This document shows positions 38,005 through 49,209 of a DNA stretch of 53,668 nt, piece after piece (within the stretch, counting starts at the first letter, position 1; every line of letters begins with the position of its first letter). Below the pieces are notes generated by a model. It was not told the DNA's origin, made no database searches, and saw only the letters and a program-made list of their open reading frames with translations. The DNA is taken from positions 1-53,668 of the forward strand of contig PMWA01000062.1 of assembly GCA_003166335.1 (NCBI GenBank). The letters run 5' to 3'. A program made the translations under genes and the position numbers. The DNA is from Methanobacterium sp. Lineage in GTDB: Archaea > Methanobacteriota > Methanobacteria > Methanobacteriales > Methanobacteriaceae.

Positions 38005-38622
38005 TCATCGGCCTCCTAAAGCTGGTTTAATTTCTCCAGACTTCACCATCTCTACTAATTGGATTTTAACTCTAATCAAATCTTTATTTGCTATGTCTGG
38101 ATCACTTTCCGCCATCCGGATAATAGATCCATCAGTTATTGGTTGATACTGATCTTCCAGCAACTCTGTATAATGTTCAATTATATTTTTTGCTTCAATA
38201 TCTTCTCCAAATGCCAGTGTTGGACCATTTTTTTTATTATTATTCTTATTGAATACGAATTTTTTGTTTAATGTTTCAGTTTTACCTATCCAGGAATAGA
38301 CGTCAAATAATTTTAAAGCAGTTTTTTTAGGATCAGTGTTGTTTATATCTCCCTTATAAACGATCTTAACCTTATGTCCTATAGGTATATCTTCCATTGA
38401 ATTGTTTAAGCCGTCATTACCATAGACAGTGACCTTACCCCTTACATTCACTGGATGATTTGATTCCAAGCAATATTTATAATTAGGTTTTCCTCTAAAC
38501 AATGTAGATTCTCTTTTAAGATATTTCCCTTCGATTTCATCACCAACATTAACCGCCTTCCAAACACTCTTCACCGGGATTTCAAACCATCCTTTTTGTC
38601 CTTCATATCCATTTTTAACCAT
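38005..38622 (-). CDS. Orphan paralogue of proviral gene 17970-18599
   Basis: Full-length alignment by eye (see 17970-18599). ATG at 38622 with AGGTGA upstream. Confidence 0.6.
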   Translation of the reverse strand: MVKNGYEGQKGWFEIPVKSVWKAVNVGDEIEGKYLKRESTLFRGKPNYKYCLESNHPVNVRGKVTVYGNDGLNNSMEDIPIGHKVKIVYKGDINNTDPKKTALKLFDVYSWIGKTETLNKKFVFNKNNNKKNGPTLAFGEDIEAKNIIEHYTELLEDQYQPITDGSIIRMAESDPDIANKDLIRVKIQLVEMVKSGEIKPALGGR

Positions 38623-39221
38623 ACTGAAAATCACCTATTTTCACATTATAACTTGTTTAAGTGTAAAAAAATTTCTTTTATTATCCTATTTTCTAATTTT
38701 TTTAACTAATTATTGGATAAACACAAAATAAAATTTAAATGAACTAATAAATTTCTTTTGTTCTGGAAATGATTTATAATTTTTTTCTAAATTAACAAAT
38801 AATTTTCATAATTCATAATAATGTATTTTAGATAAATATTATAATGGTCCCCATTTTTTTTCATGATAGAATTTTTCATAGCTTTAAAATTTCATACAAA
38901 AAGTCAAGTTTCACTTTATTAAAAAATTAATATTAATTTTTTTTTACTTTTCAGTTTCCATAATTTATATGAAAAAACTTAAGAACTTACTGAATTATTT
39001 GTTTTATTAAATAAGATAACTTATAAAAATAGGATAAGAATTAATATTTGATTACTTACTATTCTTAGCTAATTTTATCTTATTATTTTTATTCATTTAA
39101 CTAAAAAATGATAAGATCGGAAAATTTTATTGAAAAATGAGGATTTTAATATATATCAAACAGATAAAATACACTGATTTTTACAAAAATCAAAAAAAAT
39201 GACTAGTTTGATTTGAGATTG

Positions 39222-39249
39222 ACTTCGTTAAACTTCTATATAACGCAGT
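39222..39249. repeat. dif-like palindrome copy e: ACTTCGTTAAA-CTTCTA-TATAACGCAGT
   Basis: 11-6-11 geometry with one arm mismatch, inside about 1 kb of ORF-free AT-rich DNA. Confidence 0.55.
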
Positions 39250-39454
39250 ACAATTTCAGCTGTAAAAAAAATGTACCAAAATAAATTGGAAATAAGACAC
39301 GGATGATGAATTGAAGGGATAAAATTATACTAAATTTAAAAAAATATAAAAAAGTTGGAATAAATAAAAAAATGGAATGGGGGAGGTTTTAATTTAATCA
39401 TCCCCCTATTTTTTTTTTAGATATTCTAGATTTCTAAGATTTTCTAATAAAAAC

Positions 39455-39886
39455 TTATTTTCCTAGCAGTTTATCTATTAAGGATTCCAAATATTTGTCT
39501 TGTTTTTCCAGATCAGTGATTTTCTCTTGATCTTTCTTAATTGTAGCTATGATAAATTTTTTACCTGAGCATACTTTTCCTGTTTCGTAGAGCAGGAATC
39601 TGTTTTTCAAGGTTATTATCTACTTTGGAAAGTCCTTGGATATCTGCCTGATTTATTTTTATTTTAGCTCCAAATTCTGTATTTCCTTGTCTTTAGTGGT
39701 ATTGGTGGTATTCACTGAAGTATTGGTTATACTATGGTTTACTGAAGGATATGTGAAAGTATTATTCACTAATTTAGTATAATTCGTAGTGTTCACTGGA
39801 TTGTTCGTTGCATTAGGTGTTGTGGCATAAATAGGTGCTGCACTGGCCACAATAACAAACATGCATAGTAAAGCCATTTTTCTCAT
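39455..39886 (-). pseudogene. Secreted Asn/Thr-rich plus coiled-coil protein broken by two frameshifts at A-rich runs
   Basis: Signal peptide MRKMALLCMFVIVASAAPIYA. The reading continues in shifted frames as KINQADIQGLSKVDNNLEKQ.. and ..IIATIKKDQEKITDLEKQDKYLESLIDKLLGK. Confidence 0.45.
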
Positions 39887-40056
39887 CGTATATCACCTCC
39901 GTTAAGTCTCCGTGATATAACATCAGCCAAGCATTATTAAAATAGTTTTCCAATTTTATACCCAAATTATCCCCTAATCATTCAAAAAACCCCTTAAAAT
40001 AAAAATTAGTGATAATTAATAAAAATTTATGTAAAAAATAATAAATAATATTTCTA

Positions 40057-40695
40057 TCATTTAGAAGCAGTTACGATAAAAGCACTTACACTTACTTGCT
40101 CCCACTCAAATCCTTTAAAACCTGAATTAACCAATAATTCACGGATTTCAGCTTCCGAATAAACTCTAACATCACCATCTTTAGTGAAAGGTATCAATAA
40201 ATTACCCAATTGCCTTAAGGGCTTGGGAACAGATAGATCTGCAATTATAATATGCCCCTCCTGCTTAAGCACTCTCTTAAATTCTAATAAAACATTTCCA
40301 GGATGAGGATAATGATGAAAGGAATCCGTACAAGTAACCACATTAAAACTTTCATCATCAAAAGGTAAACTTTCTGAGTCCCCCACTCTTAAATCAGCCT
40401 TCTCACCCAGTTTATCCCGGGCAATCTCCAGCATATCCGGTGAAAGATCAACCCCTGCAATTTGGGCATCATATTTTGAAGAAATTAGAGATAAGAGATT
40501 ACCCGTACCACAACTTACATCTAAAAGCTTATTAAATGACAACTGATCTAATTTATGGAGCACACTATCATGAAGTTTTTTACCATGCTTACCATAATAA
40601 CTAGAATCATATCTTTCAGCTTGTTTATTGAAACTCTCCCGTGATTCCTCTTTATAATCACTGGCCTTTTTCTTTAACATGAATTTTTTCTCCAT
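40057..40695 (-). CDS. Class I SAM-dependent methyltransferase
   Basis: Motif I LLDVSCGTGNL, plus acidic D at the end of beta-2 (AGVDLS). Confidence 0.8.
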   Translation of the reverse strand: MEKKFMLKKKASDYKEESRESFNKQAERYDSSYYGKHGKKLHDSVLHKLDQLSFNKLLDVSCGTGNLLSLISSKYDAQIAGVDLSPDMLEIARDKLGEKADLRVGDSESLPFDDESFNVVTCTDSFHHYPHPGNVLLEFKRVLKQEGHIIIADLSVPKPLRQLGNLLIPFTKDGDVRVYSEAEIRELLVNSGFKGFEWEQVSVSAFIVTASK

Positions 40696-40821
40696 TAAAA
40701 TATAAACATTTACTATTAACGAAACATCCTCACTATACAGTTCAAAATTTAGAAGCTAAATTCTAAATACTTCAAAATATATTTTTTTTTACTTCTTTTT
40801 CCCAGCCATATTATGCATATT

Positions 40822-41598
40822 TTATATTTTTTCTTGTAATTTTTGAAAATCAGTTAGCAATATAAGCAGATTAAATCCTTTCTCGGTAATCATGTAATCA
40901 CCACGTTCATGTCGCTGCAGTATTAGATTACATTCAACCAGTTTTTGTATATGGAATAGTAAATTACCGCCTCTTAATCCTGTTAGTTGAGAGAGCGCAG
41001 AGAAGGTCATGGTGTCGGAGGCCATTGATTTAAGTATCTGCAGCCTCTGTTTGTTTGATAAAGGTTCAAGGATGCTTTTAACTATAATCTCCTCAGGAAT
41101 AGCTGAAATTTCTGGTCTTTTCTCTTCATTATTACTGTAGATCTGAAGTGATCTAATAAGACTTAATTGTTTATTAAAAAGTGAATTAACTTGAGAGAAA
41201 CAAACGTCACATTTATCAAAGGGTGCATTTTTTCTAATTTCATTTAATTCCAACCTCTTCTCATTAATAATATTTCCAGAAACATTATCGCTACTGATAA
41301 AATCCGCATTGTTCACTAGAAAATCAGAGAATCTAGATTTACAGGTTTCCCTCATTTGACATGGATTCATCATATTATTCTCCAAGTCTTTTTCTATATC
41401 ATCGACCACATAAGATGTGATTGAATTTAAATAATCTTTCTTTAAATTAGTTAACATTAATTCAAGATATTCTTTATTGGATCTTTCCATTAATCGTTTA
41501 ATATCTTGGTGTATTGCATCTAATTTGGCGTTGATATCCACCATCTTTTCACTGTAAAGTTTATTCACTTTTTCCATGTTTAACATTTTTTTATTCAT
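40822..41598 (-). CDS. ArsR-type winged-helix regulator with Cys-containing N-terminal domain
   Basis: C-terminal LSNKQRLQILKSMASDTMTFSALSQLTGLRGGNLLFHIQKL. Confidence 0.65.
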   Translation of the reverse strand: MNKKMLNMEKVNKLYSEKMVDINAKLDAIHQDIKRLMERSNKEYLELMLTNLKKDYLNSITSYVVDDIEKDLENNMMNPCQMRETCKSRFSDFLVNNADFISSDNVSGNIINEKRLELNEIRKNAPFDKCDVCFSQVNSLFNKQLSLIRSLQIYSNNEEKRPEISAIPEEIIVKSILEPLSNKQRLQILKSMASDTMTFSALSQLTGLRGGNLLFHIQKLVECNLILQRHERGDYMITEKGFNLLILLTDFQKLQEKI

Positions 41599-41739
41599 AA
41601 ATAATAAAGGTTCCTGTTAAAACCTTAAAGGTCATTTTAGTAATTAAAATATATTTAGTATATTTTACTGACCATTAAGTATATTATATTCTCACGTTGA
41701 ACTATTATTATATAAAAAAAAATTCAGGGAGTGTTATTT

Positions 41740-42138
41740 ATGGTATTGAGCACAGAAATGATGGATGCAATTGAAAAAAATAATATAATATTTTTAGCCA
41801 CTGCAAACAAGGATTACACGCCTAATTTAGTTCCAATAGGACTTGCAAAGCCCTTAGATGATGAGACAGTGTTATTAGTCGCTAACTTCATGAATAAAAC
41901 ATATGAAAATCTCAAAGAGAATCCTAAAGCAACAATCGTAGTTGCGGACGTTACTAAATGCCCCTATCAATTCAAAGGTAAAGTAGAGATACATGAATCA
42001 GGTAAATATTTTAATGATGCTGTGGAGTGGGCAAAAAGCGTAATGGCCCAACTCAACCCCAAAGGTGCAGTTTTACTCAAAGTAGACGAAATATACTCCG
42101 TACAACCTGGTCCAGATGCTGGCAAAAAAATAGAATGA
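41740..42138 (+). CDS. Pyridoxamine 5-prime-phosphate oxidase-like FMN-binding protein
   Basis: IIFLATANKDYTPNLVPIG....DDETVLLVANFM.KT..NL..NPKATIVV pattern. ATG at 41740 preferred (AGGGAG upstream). Confidence 0.6.
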   Translation: MVLSTEMMDAIEKNNIIFLATANKDYTPNLVPIGLAKPLDDETVLLVANFMNKTYENLKENPKATIVVADVTKCPYQFKGKVEIHESGKYFNDAVEWAKSVMAQLNPKGAVLLKVDEIYSVQPGPDAGKKIE

Positions 42139-42356
42139 ACTTTAATATTTAAATTCATACTAGACATAAAATCACAGGCGAATGTTAAATGATGGTTAAA
42201 TTCGATTTACAACATTTCTGTTGTGACCCTAAAGGCTGTAAAATAGAAATAGAATATGGAAAAATGAGTGATGCAGAAGAATAAATAGGGAGCTTGCTAT
42301 TAGCCATCAATTGCGTTTCTTAAATTAATAAAATATTAAATGTAGGAAGAAAAAAA

Positions 42357-42596
42357 ATGAAAGTTAAAGAAGAGATACATGCACAAATAGTTGGAGCACT
42401 CGCCGGGACTAAATTCCCCATAAAAACCCCTGAAGCACTTCTAGCAGCATTTCCTCAAGGTGCAGAAACCACCTGCAAAGCAGATGGAGTAGAACTTAAA
42501 GCAGGAGATGCAGGTAAAGTACTTAAACCTGATGATTTCCCATTTAAAAGTGCAAAAGAAGTTGCAGACGTAATAGTGGAAAGAGCGGGGTTATAA
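42357..42596 (+). CDS. MTH865-like family protein
   Basis: Sequence pattern (IVGALAGTKFPIKTPEALLAAFP ... DFPFKSAKEVADVIVERAGL) recalled as matching the Methanothermobacter MTH865 family. Confidence 0.6.
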   Translation: MKVKEEIHAQIVGALAGTKFPIKTPEALLAAFPQGAETTCKADGVELKAGDAGKVLKPDDFPFKSAKEVADVIVERAGL

Positions 42597-42669
42597 AAAA
42601 ATCCTATCCAACATTTTTTTAATATAAAAGTACATAACAATAGTTAAAAAAAATAGGAGTTCATGAAAC

Positions 42670-42876
42670 ATGATAATACAAATTTCCGATGCAATGGGTG
42701 ATGATGAAGAAAAAGAAATCGAATCAGAAAAAATAACAGGTGGAGAATTACTAAAAAAACTGGGAATATCAACATTCGAAGCAACAATCATGAAAAACGG
42801 TAATATTGTACTTGAAAGTGAAATCCTCACCAGTAAAGATAAAATAAAAATCCTAAAAATGATTCACGGAGGTTAA
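42670..42876 (+). CDS. ThiS/MoaD/SAMP-like ubiquitin-fold protein
   Basis: 68 aa ending in Gly-Gly, with the pattern NG..V......L...D.I.IL..IHGG. Confidence 0.55.
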   Translation: MIIQISDAMGDDEEKEIESEKITGGELLKKLGISTFEATIMKNGNIVLESEILTSKDKIKILKMIHGG

Positions 42877-43098
42877 AATTAAATAAAATTTTTTTTATTA
42901 AAAAAAAAAAATAACACTGGTCAATAATCTGAGTCGAAATAATAGAAATTTCACAATCCCTACATAAAATGATAAATAGTGATTGAATAATTATTAATTA
43001 CTAATTTTTCCATAAAAAAAAATAATATAAGACAATTATTAATATAGAAAGTTTTAGAGGAAATACTAATATTTTCAAGTTTATTAGGTGCAACATAG

Positions 43099-44108
43099 AT
43101 GATTTCTAATCTAAAAAAAATTATCCTTTTCAACAATAATACCTCTTATAATAATCTTAACTATTCTTTCACTGGGAATTTTAATTCCCATATTATCTAT
43201 GATAATTTTCGGGGCTATATTATCCTATTATGTCCGTTATATAGCTAAAAAAGTTAGAATCTATATTAAAAATGATACTTTATCCGTGTTCCTGGGAATG
43301 ATCATATTAGCTGTTCCCGTTATTTTATTATTATATTTCACTTTCAGCCAGTTTGTAATCATTGCAGGGTCCTTCTTCGGCTCCTTACAGCATGCTGCTA
43401 CAGGTAATTCCACCATGAACATGACCCAGATAAATGATGCTGTCCAAAATCTCGGTTTACCCAGTAATATTTCCCTAAACCTAGCGGATACAATAAAAAC
43501 TGGGATCACACAGTTTATTTCGTATATCGCAGGATTAACAGTATCTTTGGTAAGCTCCATTCCATTTTTAGCAGCTCAAGTTCTCATATTAATCTTTTCA
43601 GTATTCTATTTTGCCCGAGACGGTGATAAAGTAATTCAACATAAAAGACATCATTCCTGATAAAGATAAGGAGTTCTACCAGCAAATATTCAACAGTGCT
43701 GACGATGTTCTAAAAAGCATCATTATAGGTAACGTTATTCCTGCTGTAATCCTAGGAGTACTCTCCGGAATTTTATATTTCTTCCTAGGATATCCTTACG
43801 TGATTTTATTAGCCATTATTAGCGGTATAGCCATGTTTATACCTATAATTGGCCCATGGATAGTTTATGGGGCTATTGGAATTTTCAGCATTCTCATCGG
43901 AAACACCGCACAAGGCGTGCTGGTCATTCTATTCGGTTGGATTATTGAAACCTCAACAGACTTTTACATCAGACCTAAAATTGCAGTTCAATACTCTGAA
44001 ATCCATCCACTAGTCTTTTTATTAGGTTTCATTTACGGTGCAGTGACACTGGGCATTCCCGGTCTATTCATAGGGCCTTTAATACTGGGAATCACATGCC
44101 GCCTATAG
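43099..44108 (+). pseudogene. AI-2E family (PerM/UPF0118) transporter broken by at least two frameshifts
   Basis: MISNLKK continues after the A8 run (43113-43120) as LSFSTIIPLIIIL..MIIFGAIL.. A second shift near 43640-43655 joins [11 protein letters not shown] to ..[18 protein letters not shown]. The third fragment is the track ORF 43800-44108. Confidence 0.65.
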
Positions 44109-44188
44109 AGTGTATCGTAAAGAAAAAGTAACATAAAACCAAGTATATAAAAAAAATTTTTTAAGAATTTATTTTTTATGGGTTAAAT

Positions 44189-44887
44189 TCATCCTTGGAA
44201 TTCTTCAGGTATAACAGCTTCTGCATCTCCCGCTGAGCATTTAGGGATGGCCATTATTAAATTATTTATTCGTTCATATGGCACTGAAAGGAATAATATG
44301 TCTGAATCAAATTTCTGGTTTCTCCTCGCCGTCCAATCACCCATAGATAAATTAGTCAATCCAGTCATTATACTATAAGATATTGCGGTATGACATAAGG
44401 ACCCTATAATTTCTTGTTTAGGTGATACACCATCCCAGTAAGTATCCAAAGTTATAAGGCGGCAAGCCTGTTCCGCATTACATAAGAATAACACGATATC
44501 TGGTCGTATATCCGTTTTATCAAGGGGGCATATTACAATTCTATCCGCCAATCCCGTGGGTGGTGGTGTAGCTAGTGTCTGCATTCTCTCAAATGATACA
44601 ATGGAGCTGGTGAGTTTCTCGCCTTTGGTAAGGAACCATTGCAACCTTCTTTTTTGTTCAGATTTAATTTCGGTGAAACCGCAAAATCTACTACCGCCTG
44701 GACAAGTGGATACATTTTCATCAATCACAAAACATTCGCCCTCAGCAGAACGTTTTAAAGCATGACAAATAGCTGTTTTCTCATATTTACCGCTTGAAAC
44801 TTCTTCATTGGTGAAAGAAATAGCTAAAGGTTCATATCTTAATCCTAAAACACTTTTAAATAAATCTGACTGTTCACTAAATTTCAT
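44189..44887 (-). CDS. DUF169-like protein
   Basis: LGLRYEPLAISF near the N-terminus and conserved Cys positions, recalled from the family. ATG at 44887 with GGTGAT upstream. Confidence 0.45.
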   Translation of the reverse strand: MKFSEQSDLFKSVLGLRYEPLAISFTNEEVSSGKYEKTAICHALKRSAEGECFVIDENVSTCPGGSRFCGFTEIKSEQKRRLQWFLTKGEKLTSSIVSFERMQTLATPPPTGLADRIVICPLDKTDIRPDIVLFLCNAEQACRLITLDTYWDGVSPKQEIIGSLCHTAISYSIMTGLTNLSMGDWTARRNQKFDSDILFLSVPYERINNLIMAIPKCSAGDAEAVIPEEFQG

Positions 44888-45184
44888 ACCAATAATCACC
44901 CCAAATTTAAGTATTTTAATATTATATAATTTTATTTGGAAAATAAAAGTTAAAAAACTTTTCATAATAATTTTAATACTCTATTTAAATTTTAGTCCCA
45001 TTTTTTTTTAATTAAGAAAAGAATAGCGTAAAATAGGCATTAAAAATTGATAGTAATATTTTTTATAATTTTAATTAATACACTCATAAAATACATTCTA
45101 AATGAATTACATAATATAATAAAGAAAATTTTAATATTAGTTATAATCTAATTAAGCTGTTTTATAGGAGATATTTTATTTATT

Positions 45185-45619
45185 ATGGACACTGAGAAAA
45201 AATCGATTGATATTTTGCTGGTTGAGGATAATCCAGGTGATGTAAGACTTATCATAGAAGCATTTAAAGATACGAAAATTCCCCATAATTTAGCAGTTGC
45301 ATCTGATGGAATTGAAGCTATGAATATATTAAAACGGGAATGTAATTACTGCGATGCAAACCGGCCCAACTTAATAATCCTAGATCTTAACTTACCTAAA
45401 AAAAGCGGACGAGAGATCATAAAAGAAATCAAACATAATGATAAATTGAAAATGATACCAATTGTAGTTCTAACAACTTCCAGTGCAGAAGAAGATATAA
45501 AGGAAACCTACAAAAACCATGTAAACGCCTACCTAACTAAACCTGTTGATCTAGATCAGTTCATTAATGTGATGAAATCTATTGAATATTTCTGGCTATG
45601 TAATGTAAGACTACCCTAA
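45185..45619 (+). CDS. Stand-alone response-regulator receiver domain (canonical)
   Basis: ILLVEDNPGD, IILDLNLP (Asp acceptor), VVLTTS, AYLTKP. Confidence 0.85.
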   Translation: MDTEKKSIDILLVEDNPGDVRLIIEAFKDTKIPHNLAVASDGIEAMNILKRECNYCDANRPNLIILDLNLPKKSGREIIKEIKHNDKLKMIPIVVLTTSSAEEDIKETYKNHVNAYLTKPVDLDQFINVMKSIEYFWLCNVRLP

Positions 45620-45693
45620 AATTTTTTATATATATTTATATGAAAATGTAAATATCATCATTTTCTTTTACTATAGAAAATTTGTATATTTTT

Positions 45694-46377
45694 TTAGGAT
45701 TCGTACGGTCTATCATACATTTTCTTTTTAACACTTTTATCCATCTGATTACCCCATAAAAATCTGCCAAAGTTACACATAACGAATTTAACTATACTTA
45801 ATGGCATTAATGGTTTTGAAGCAATGAGCATAGCTTCCCGTGGCACTGATTCACCCTTCATAAGAGCTTCAACTGCTATATCCAAACCATTGCAGAGATT
45901 TCTAGCCATTCTAAATTTTTCAAGTGATCTACCATCCAATGAAGGACCCATACCAATAGTAACACCACCCGCCCACTCCAATCCGGAATCAGAAGCGAAT
46001 TTTTTACACATATCCATAGCCAAATCATTATGATGTGGTTCTGGGAAACCACAATTAAATATAGCCATAAACTTTTGTTTCTTCCTTAACGAATTTTTCG
46101 TAAGTTTATAAAATTCTTCCAATACTTTAATGGTAATTGAAGGTATACTATCCACATATAATGGTGATACAAGAATCAATATGTCAGAATCTATAGCTTT
46201 TGAAACTAATTTATTCAAAGCATCATCAGTTCTTACTTGTTTAACAATAACAATTTTTTCAGCTTTAACTCCATTTTCATGGAATTTCTCTAAAATATAC
46301 GATACTATGTTATTTGATACGCTTTTTTCTCCTTTGGGGCTTCCCATTAACAAAAAAACCTTAGTATATTCACTCAT
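45694..46377 (-). CDS. Flavodoxin-like fold NAD(P)H-dependent oxidoreductase
   Basis: VFLLMGSPKGEKS N-terminus and ILILVSPLY. Confidence 0.55.
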   Translation of the reverse strand: MSEYTKVFLLMGSPKGEKSVSNNIVSYILEKFHENGVKAEKIVIVKQVRTDDALNKLVSKAIDSDILILVSPLYVDSIPSITIKVLEEFYKLTKNSLRKKQKFMAIFNCGFPEPHHNDLAMDMCKKFASDSGLEWAGGVTIGMGPSLDGRSLEKFRMARNLCNGLDIAVEALMKGESVPREAMLIASKPLMPLSIVKFVMCNFGRFLWGNQMDKSVKKKMYDRPYES

Positions 46378-46937
46378 GATATCACCTTAATCTTTCTTAA
46401 CATTGCCACACCCTTAACATCATTTATGTCACCGGTAACGACTTCAGCGTGGTTCGCCGGACTGTCCATGTTTATAGCATTTCTATGCACTAATTCTTTG
46501 AATATTCTCTCGCTTTCTTCATCATACTGAGGATGGTATCCTATAACTAAAAGCTTCGGATTTTTCTCATATCTTGTTTTATGATGTATTTCTCCATTAA
46601 TTTTCGTGAAAAGTGGTAATAGATTCGGTATAAGTCTATCTACCATTTTCTTTAATTCAAATGAATATCCTCCGAAGGTTACAGGTGTTAATAATACTAG
46701 AAGATCAGATCTTGCCACTGCTTTACATATCTTTACTCCGTTATCCTTCAGAATGCATTGGCCGGGAGTTTTAATCCAGCATCCAAAGCATCCAATGCAA
46801 GTGGATAACTTTATATTTCGAAGTTCAACCGTCTCTACTTCCCATCCCCTGTTCTCCAGTTTCTCAACAATGATATTTTCCCAAATATTCAGAGGATTCT
46901 CGTCTCTATTAGAACCATTAAGTACTACAGCTTTCAT
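46374..46937 (-). CDS. Iron-sulfur flavoprotein-like (Isf-type) flavodoxin-fold protein
   Basis: MKAVVLNGS plus the compact Cys motif CIGCFGCWIKTPGQC. Confidence 0.6.
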   Translation of the reverse strand: MKAVVLNGSNRDENPLNIWENIIVEKLENRGWEVETVELRNIKLSTCIGCFGCWIKTPGQCILKDNGVKICKAVARSDLLVLLTPVTFGGYSFELKKMVDRLIPNLLPLFTKINGEIHHKTRYEKNPKLLVIGYHPQYDEESERIFKELVHRNAINMDSPANHAEVVTGDINDVKGVAMLRKIKVIS

Positions 46938-46942
46938 AAAAA

Positions 46943-47581
46943 CTAAACAACCCCTTCCTGCTTCTCTAATGCATGTCTCATCAATTTTAAAGAATGCTCT
47001 ATAAAATCCTGATTACTCTTACCATGTGTCTCCATGGTATCATCGATATTTTCAGATAACTGCATTATTGCAGATGTTGACTCTACCAAGTATATTGCTG
47101 TCATAAAAGTATCTATATCAGTTCTGATTGTTCCATCAACCTTTCCCGTTTCAATGGCATCACACATAATCTCTAAATGATTCTTACCATGTTTTGACAA
47201 TTTCTGAAGATTCATACAATCCGTACACTCTGAAAATAAGTTATGAGCATACATCATCAGCCTGCAATAATCAGGATATTTCTGATAGAACATACAAAAC
47301 GCAACACCCGTAGCAAAAATCTTCTCTAAACCAGTTTCTTTAGAATATACTGCCTCTATCATCATTTTATCGAGAATACTCGTACCTCTAACCACAACAG
47401 CGAAATAAAGGTCTTCTTTACTCTGGAAATATCTGTATAATGCCGGTTTTGTAAGTTCTAGTTCTGCTGCTATATCATCCATGGTAGTTTTATTGAAACC
47501 TTTCAATGAAAATATTTCCTCAGCAACATCAATGATTTCATTACTTTTACGTTCTCTTTCCCGTTTTCTTCTATCTGACAT
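46943..47581 (-). CDS. TetR/AcrR family transcriptional regulator
   Basis: IIDVAEEIFSLKGFNKTTMDDIAAELELTKPALYRYFQSKEDLY. Confidence 0.85.
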   Translation of the reverse strand: MSDRRKRERERKSNEIIDVAEEIFSLKGFNKTTMDDIAAELELTKPALYRYFQSKEDLYFAVVVRGTSILDKMMIEAVYSKETGLEKIFATGVAFCMFYQKYPDYCRLMMYAHNLFSECTDCMNLQKLSKHGKNHLEIMCDAIETGKVDGTIRTDIDTFMTAIYLVESTSAIMQLSENIDDTMETHGKSNQDFIEHSLKLMRHALEKQEGVV

Positions 47582-47868
47582 AGTAATTTCAACCACGCAC
47601 CCTTATTTAGTAAAAAAATTAACTTTCAGGCACAATCCATTAATTAATTCTTGAGTTACTGATAGTAAATTATGTTACCATTAGTAACCAATGTTACTTA
47701 TAGTAACTTCTGATATTTAAAGATTCACTTTCAAAAAAAAATTTTTTAGAAAATACATTTCAGTTAACATAAAACTTTAACAAAATCAAAAATAATAGGA
47801 ATTATTAAATTAGATGTTATCTAATTTTGATAGATGAAAAGAAAATAGATTTTGGAGGAAATTATAAA

Positions 47869-48360
47869 ATGGCTACCATAGATAATTTAAAAGAAGCTTT
47901 TGCAGGTGAATCACAAGCAAATCGCAAATATCTAGCATTTGCAAAAAAAGCAGATGAAGAAGGATTTCATCAAGTTGCAAGATTATTCAGAGCTGCCGCA
48001 GCAGCTGAAACAGTACATGCACACAATCATCTCACAGTAATGGAAGGAATTAAAAGCACAAACGAAAACCTTAAAGAAGCAATCGCAGGAGAAGTACAAG
48101 AATTTAAAGAAATGTATCCTTCATTTATAAAAGAATCAGAACAAGAAGAAAATGAAGCAGCTACCTGGACCTTTAATGTAGCCAACAAAGTAGAAGAAAT
48201 CCACGCAAACCTCTACGAAAAAGCCCTACAAAACTTAGGAGAAAACATCGAAGTCACCTACTACGTTTGCAAATTCTGCGGAAACACCGTAGAAAAAGAA
48301 GCTCCAAAAATCTGTCCAATTTGCGGAGCACCCCAAACTGAATTCAAAAAAATTAACTAA
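47869..48360 (+). CDS. rbr: Rubrerythrin
   Basis: NLKEAFAGESQANRKYLAFA di-iron helices plus the C-terminal rubredoxin-like CKFCG...CPICG. ATG with GGAGG upstream. Confidence 0.85.
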   Translation: MATIDNLKEAFAGESQANRKYLAFAKKADEEGFHQVARLFRAAAAAETVHAHNHLTVMEGIKSTNENLKEAIAGEVQEFKEMYPSFIKESEQEENEAATWTFNVANKVEEIHANLYEKALQNLGENIEVTYYVCKFCGNTVEKEAPKICPICGAPQTEFKKIN

Positions 48361-48505
48361 ATAAACCCCAAATCCACGAAAATAACCAGATCCCATCTTT
48401 TTTTTAGACTCAAATAAATTCTCTTTAAACTTATAACTTTTAGATTCACTACTTATTTACATAAAATATTAAATTAAAAAAAAATCAATAAATATCCATA
48501 TGAGG

Positions 48506-48590
48506 ATGATTTACACTGAAATTTATGATAAACTCTTCTGCTAAAGTAGTTTGGAATATTCTCACTAATTTTGATAGTTTTCTTGAATAA
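48506..48590 (+). pseudogene. N-terminal remnant of an SRPBCC paralogue
   Basis: MIYTEI / INSSAKVVWNILTNFDSFLE matches the N-terminus of 48772-49209 (EIQINASASVVWDILTDFEKFGE) but is frameshifted and truncated. Confidence 0.5.
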
Positions 48591-48771
48591 TCTACGTTTT
48601 TACTATATTTTCGGATGTAATTTTATTATAAATATCATATGTATATATTCAAACAAGATTCATTAAAAAATAAAAAATGGAAAAAATGATTAGTGGATAG
48701 TTGCCAACATTGGCCATTGACACGAAATTCCAAACAAATTTTTTTATATTATTAAAAATATAATATTTATT

Positions 48772-49209
48772 ATGAAAGAAGTTTATAGTGAAATTCAGAT
48801 AAATGCTTCAGCAAGTGTTGTATGGGATATACTTACAGATTTTGAGAAGTTTGGAGAATGGAACCCATTCATTAAGGAAATTTCAGGAACCCTAAAAGAA
48901 GGATCTGAACTTAGAATATTTATAGAACCTCCAAATTCAAAGGGTATGGAATTCAAACCAACATTAAAGAAAGTTGAAACTGAAAAAAAAATTCAATGGC
49001 TTGGAAAAATATGGATTCCAAAATTGTTCGACGGAGAGCATAGTTGGACTATTAATCAAATTGATGATAATACTGTTTTATTTATCCAAAAAGAAAGATT
49101 TACAGGAATATTCATCCCATTTTTCACTAAACTATTAAAAAATACTAAATCTGGATTTGAAATGATGAATCAAAATTTAAAACAAAGAGCAGAGGAAATG
49201 ATGGGATAA
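48772..49209 (+). CDS. SRPBCC (START/polyketide-cyclase-like) domain protein
   Basis: VVWDILTDFEKFGEWNPF pattern and a size of 145 aa. Confidence 0.6.
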   Translation: MKEVYSEIQINASASVVWDILTDFEKFGEWNPFIKEISGTLKEGSELRIFIEPPNSKGMEFKPTLKKVETEKKIQWLGKIWIPKLFDGEHSWTINQIDDNTVLFIQKERFTGIFIPFFTKLLKNTKSGFEMMNQNLKQRAEEMMG

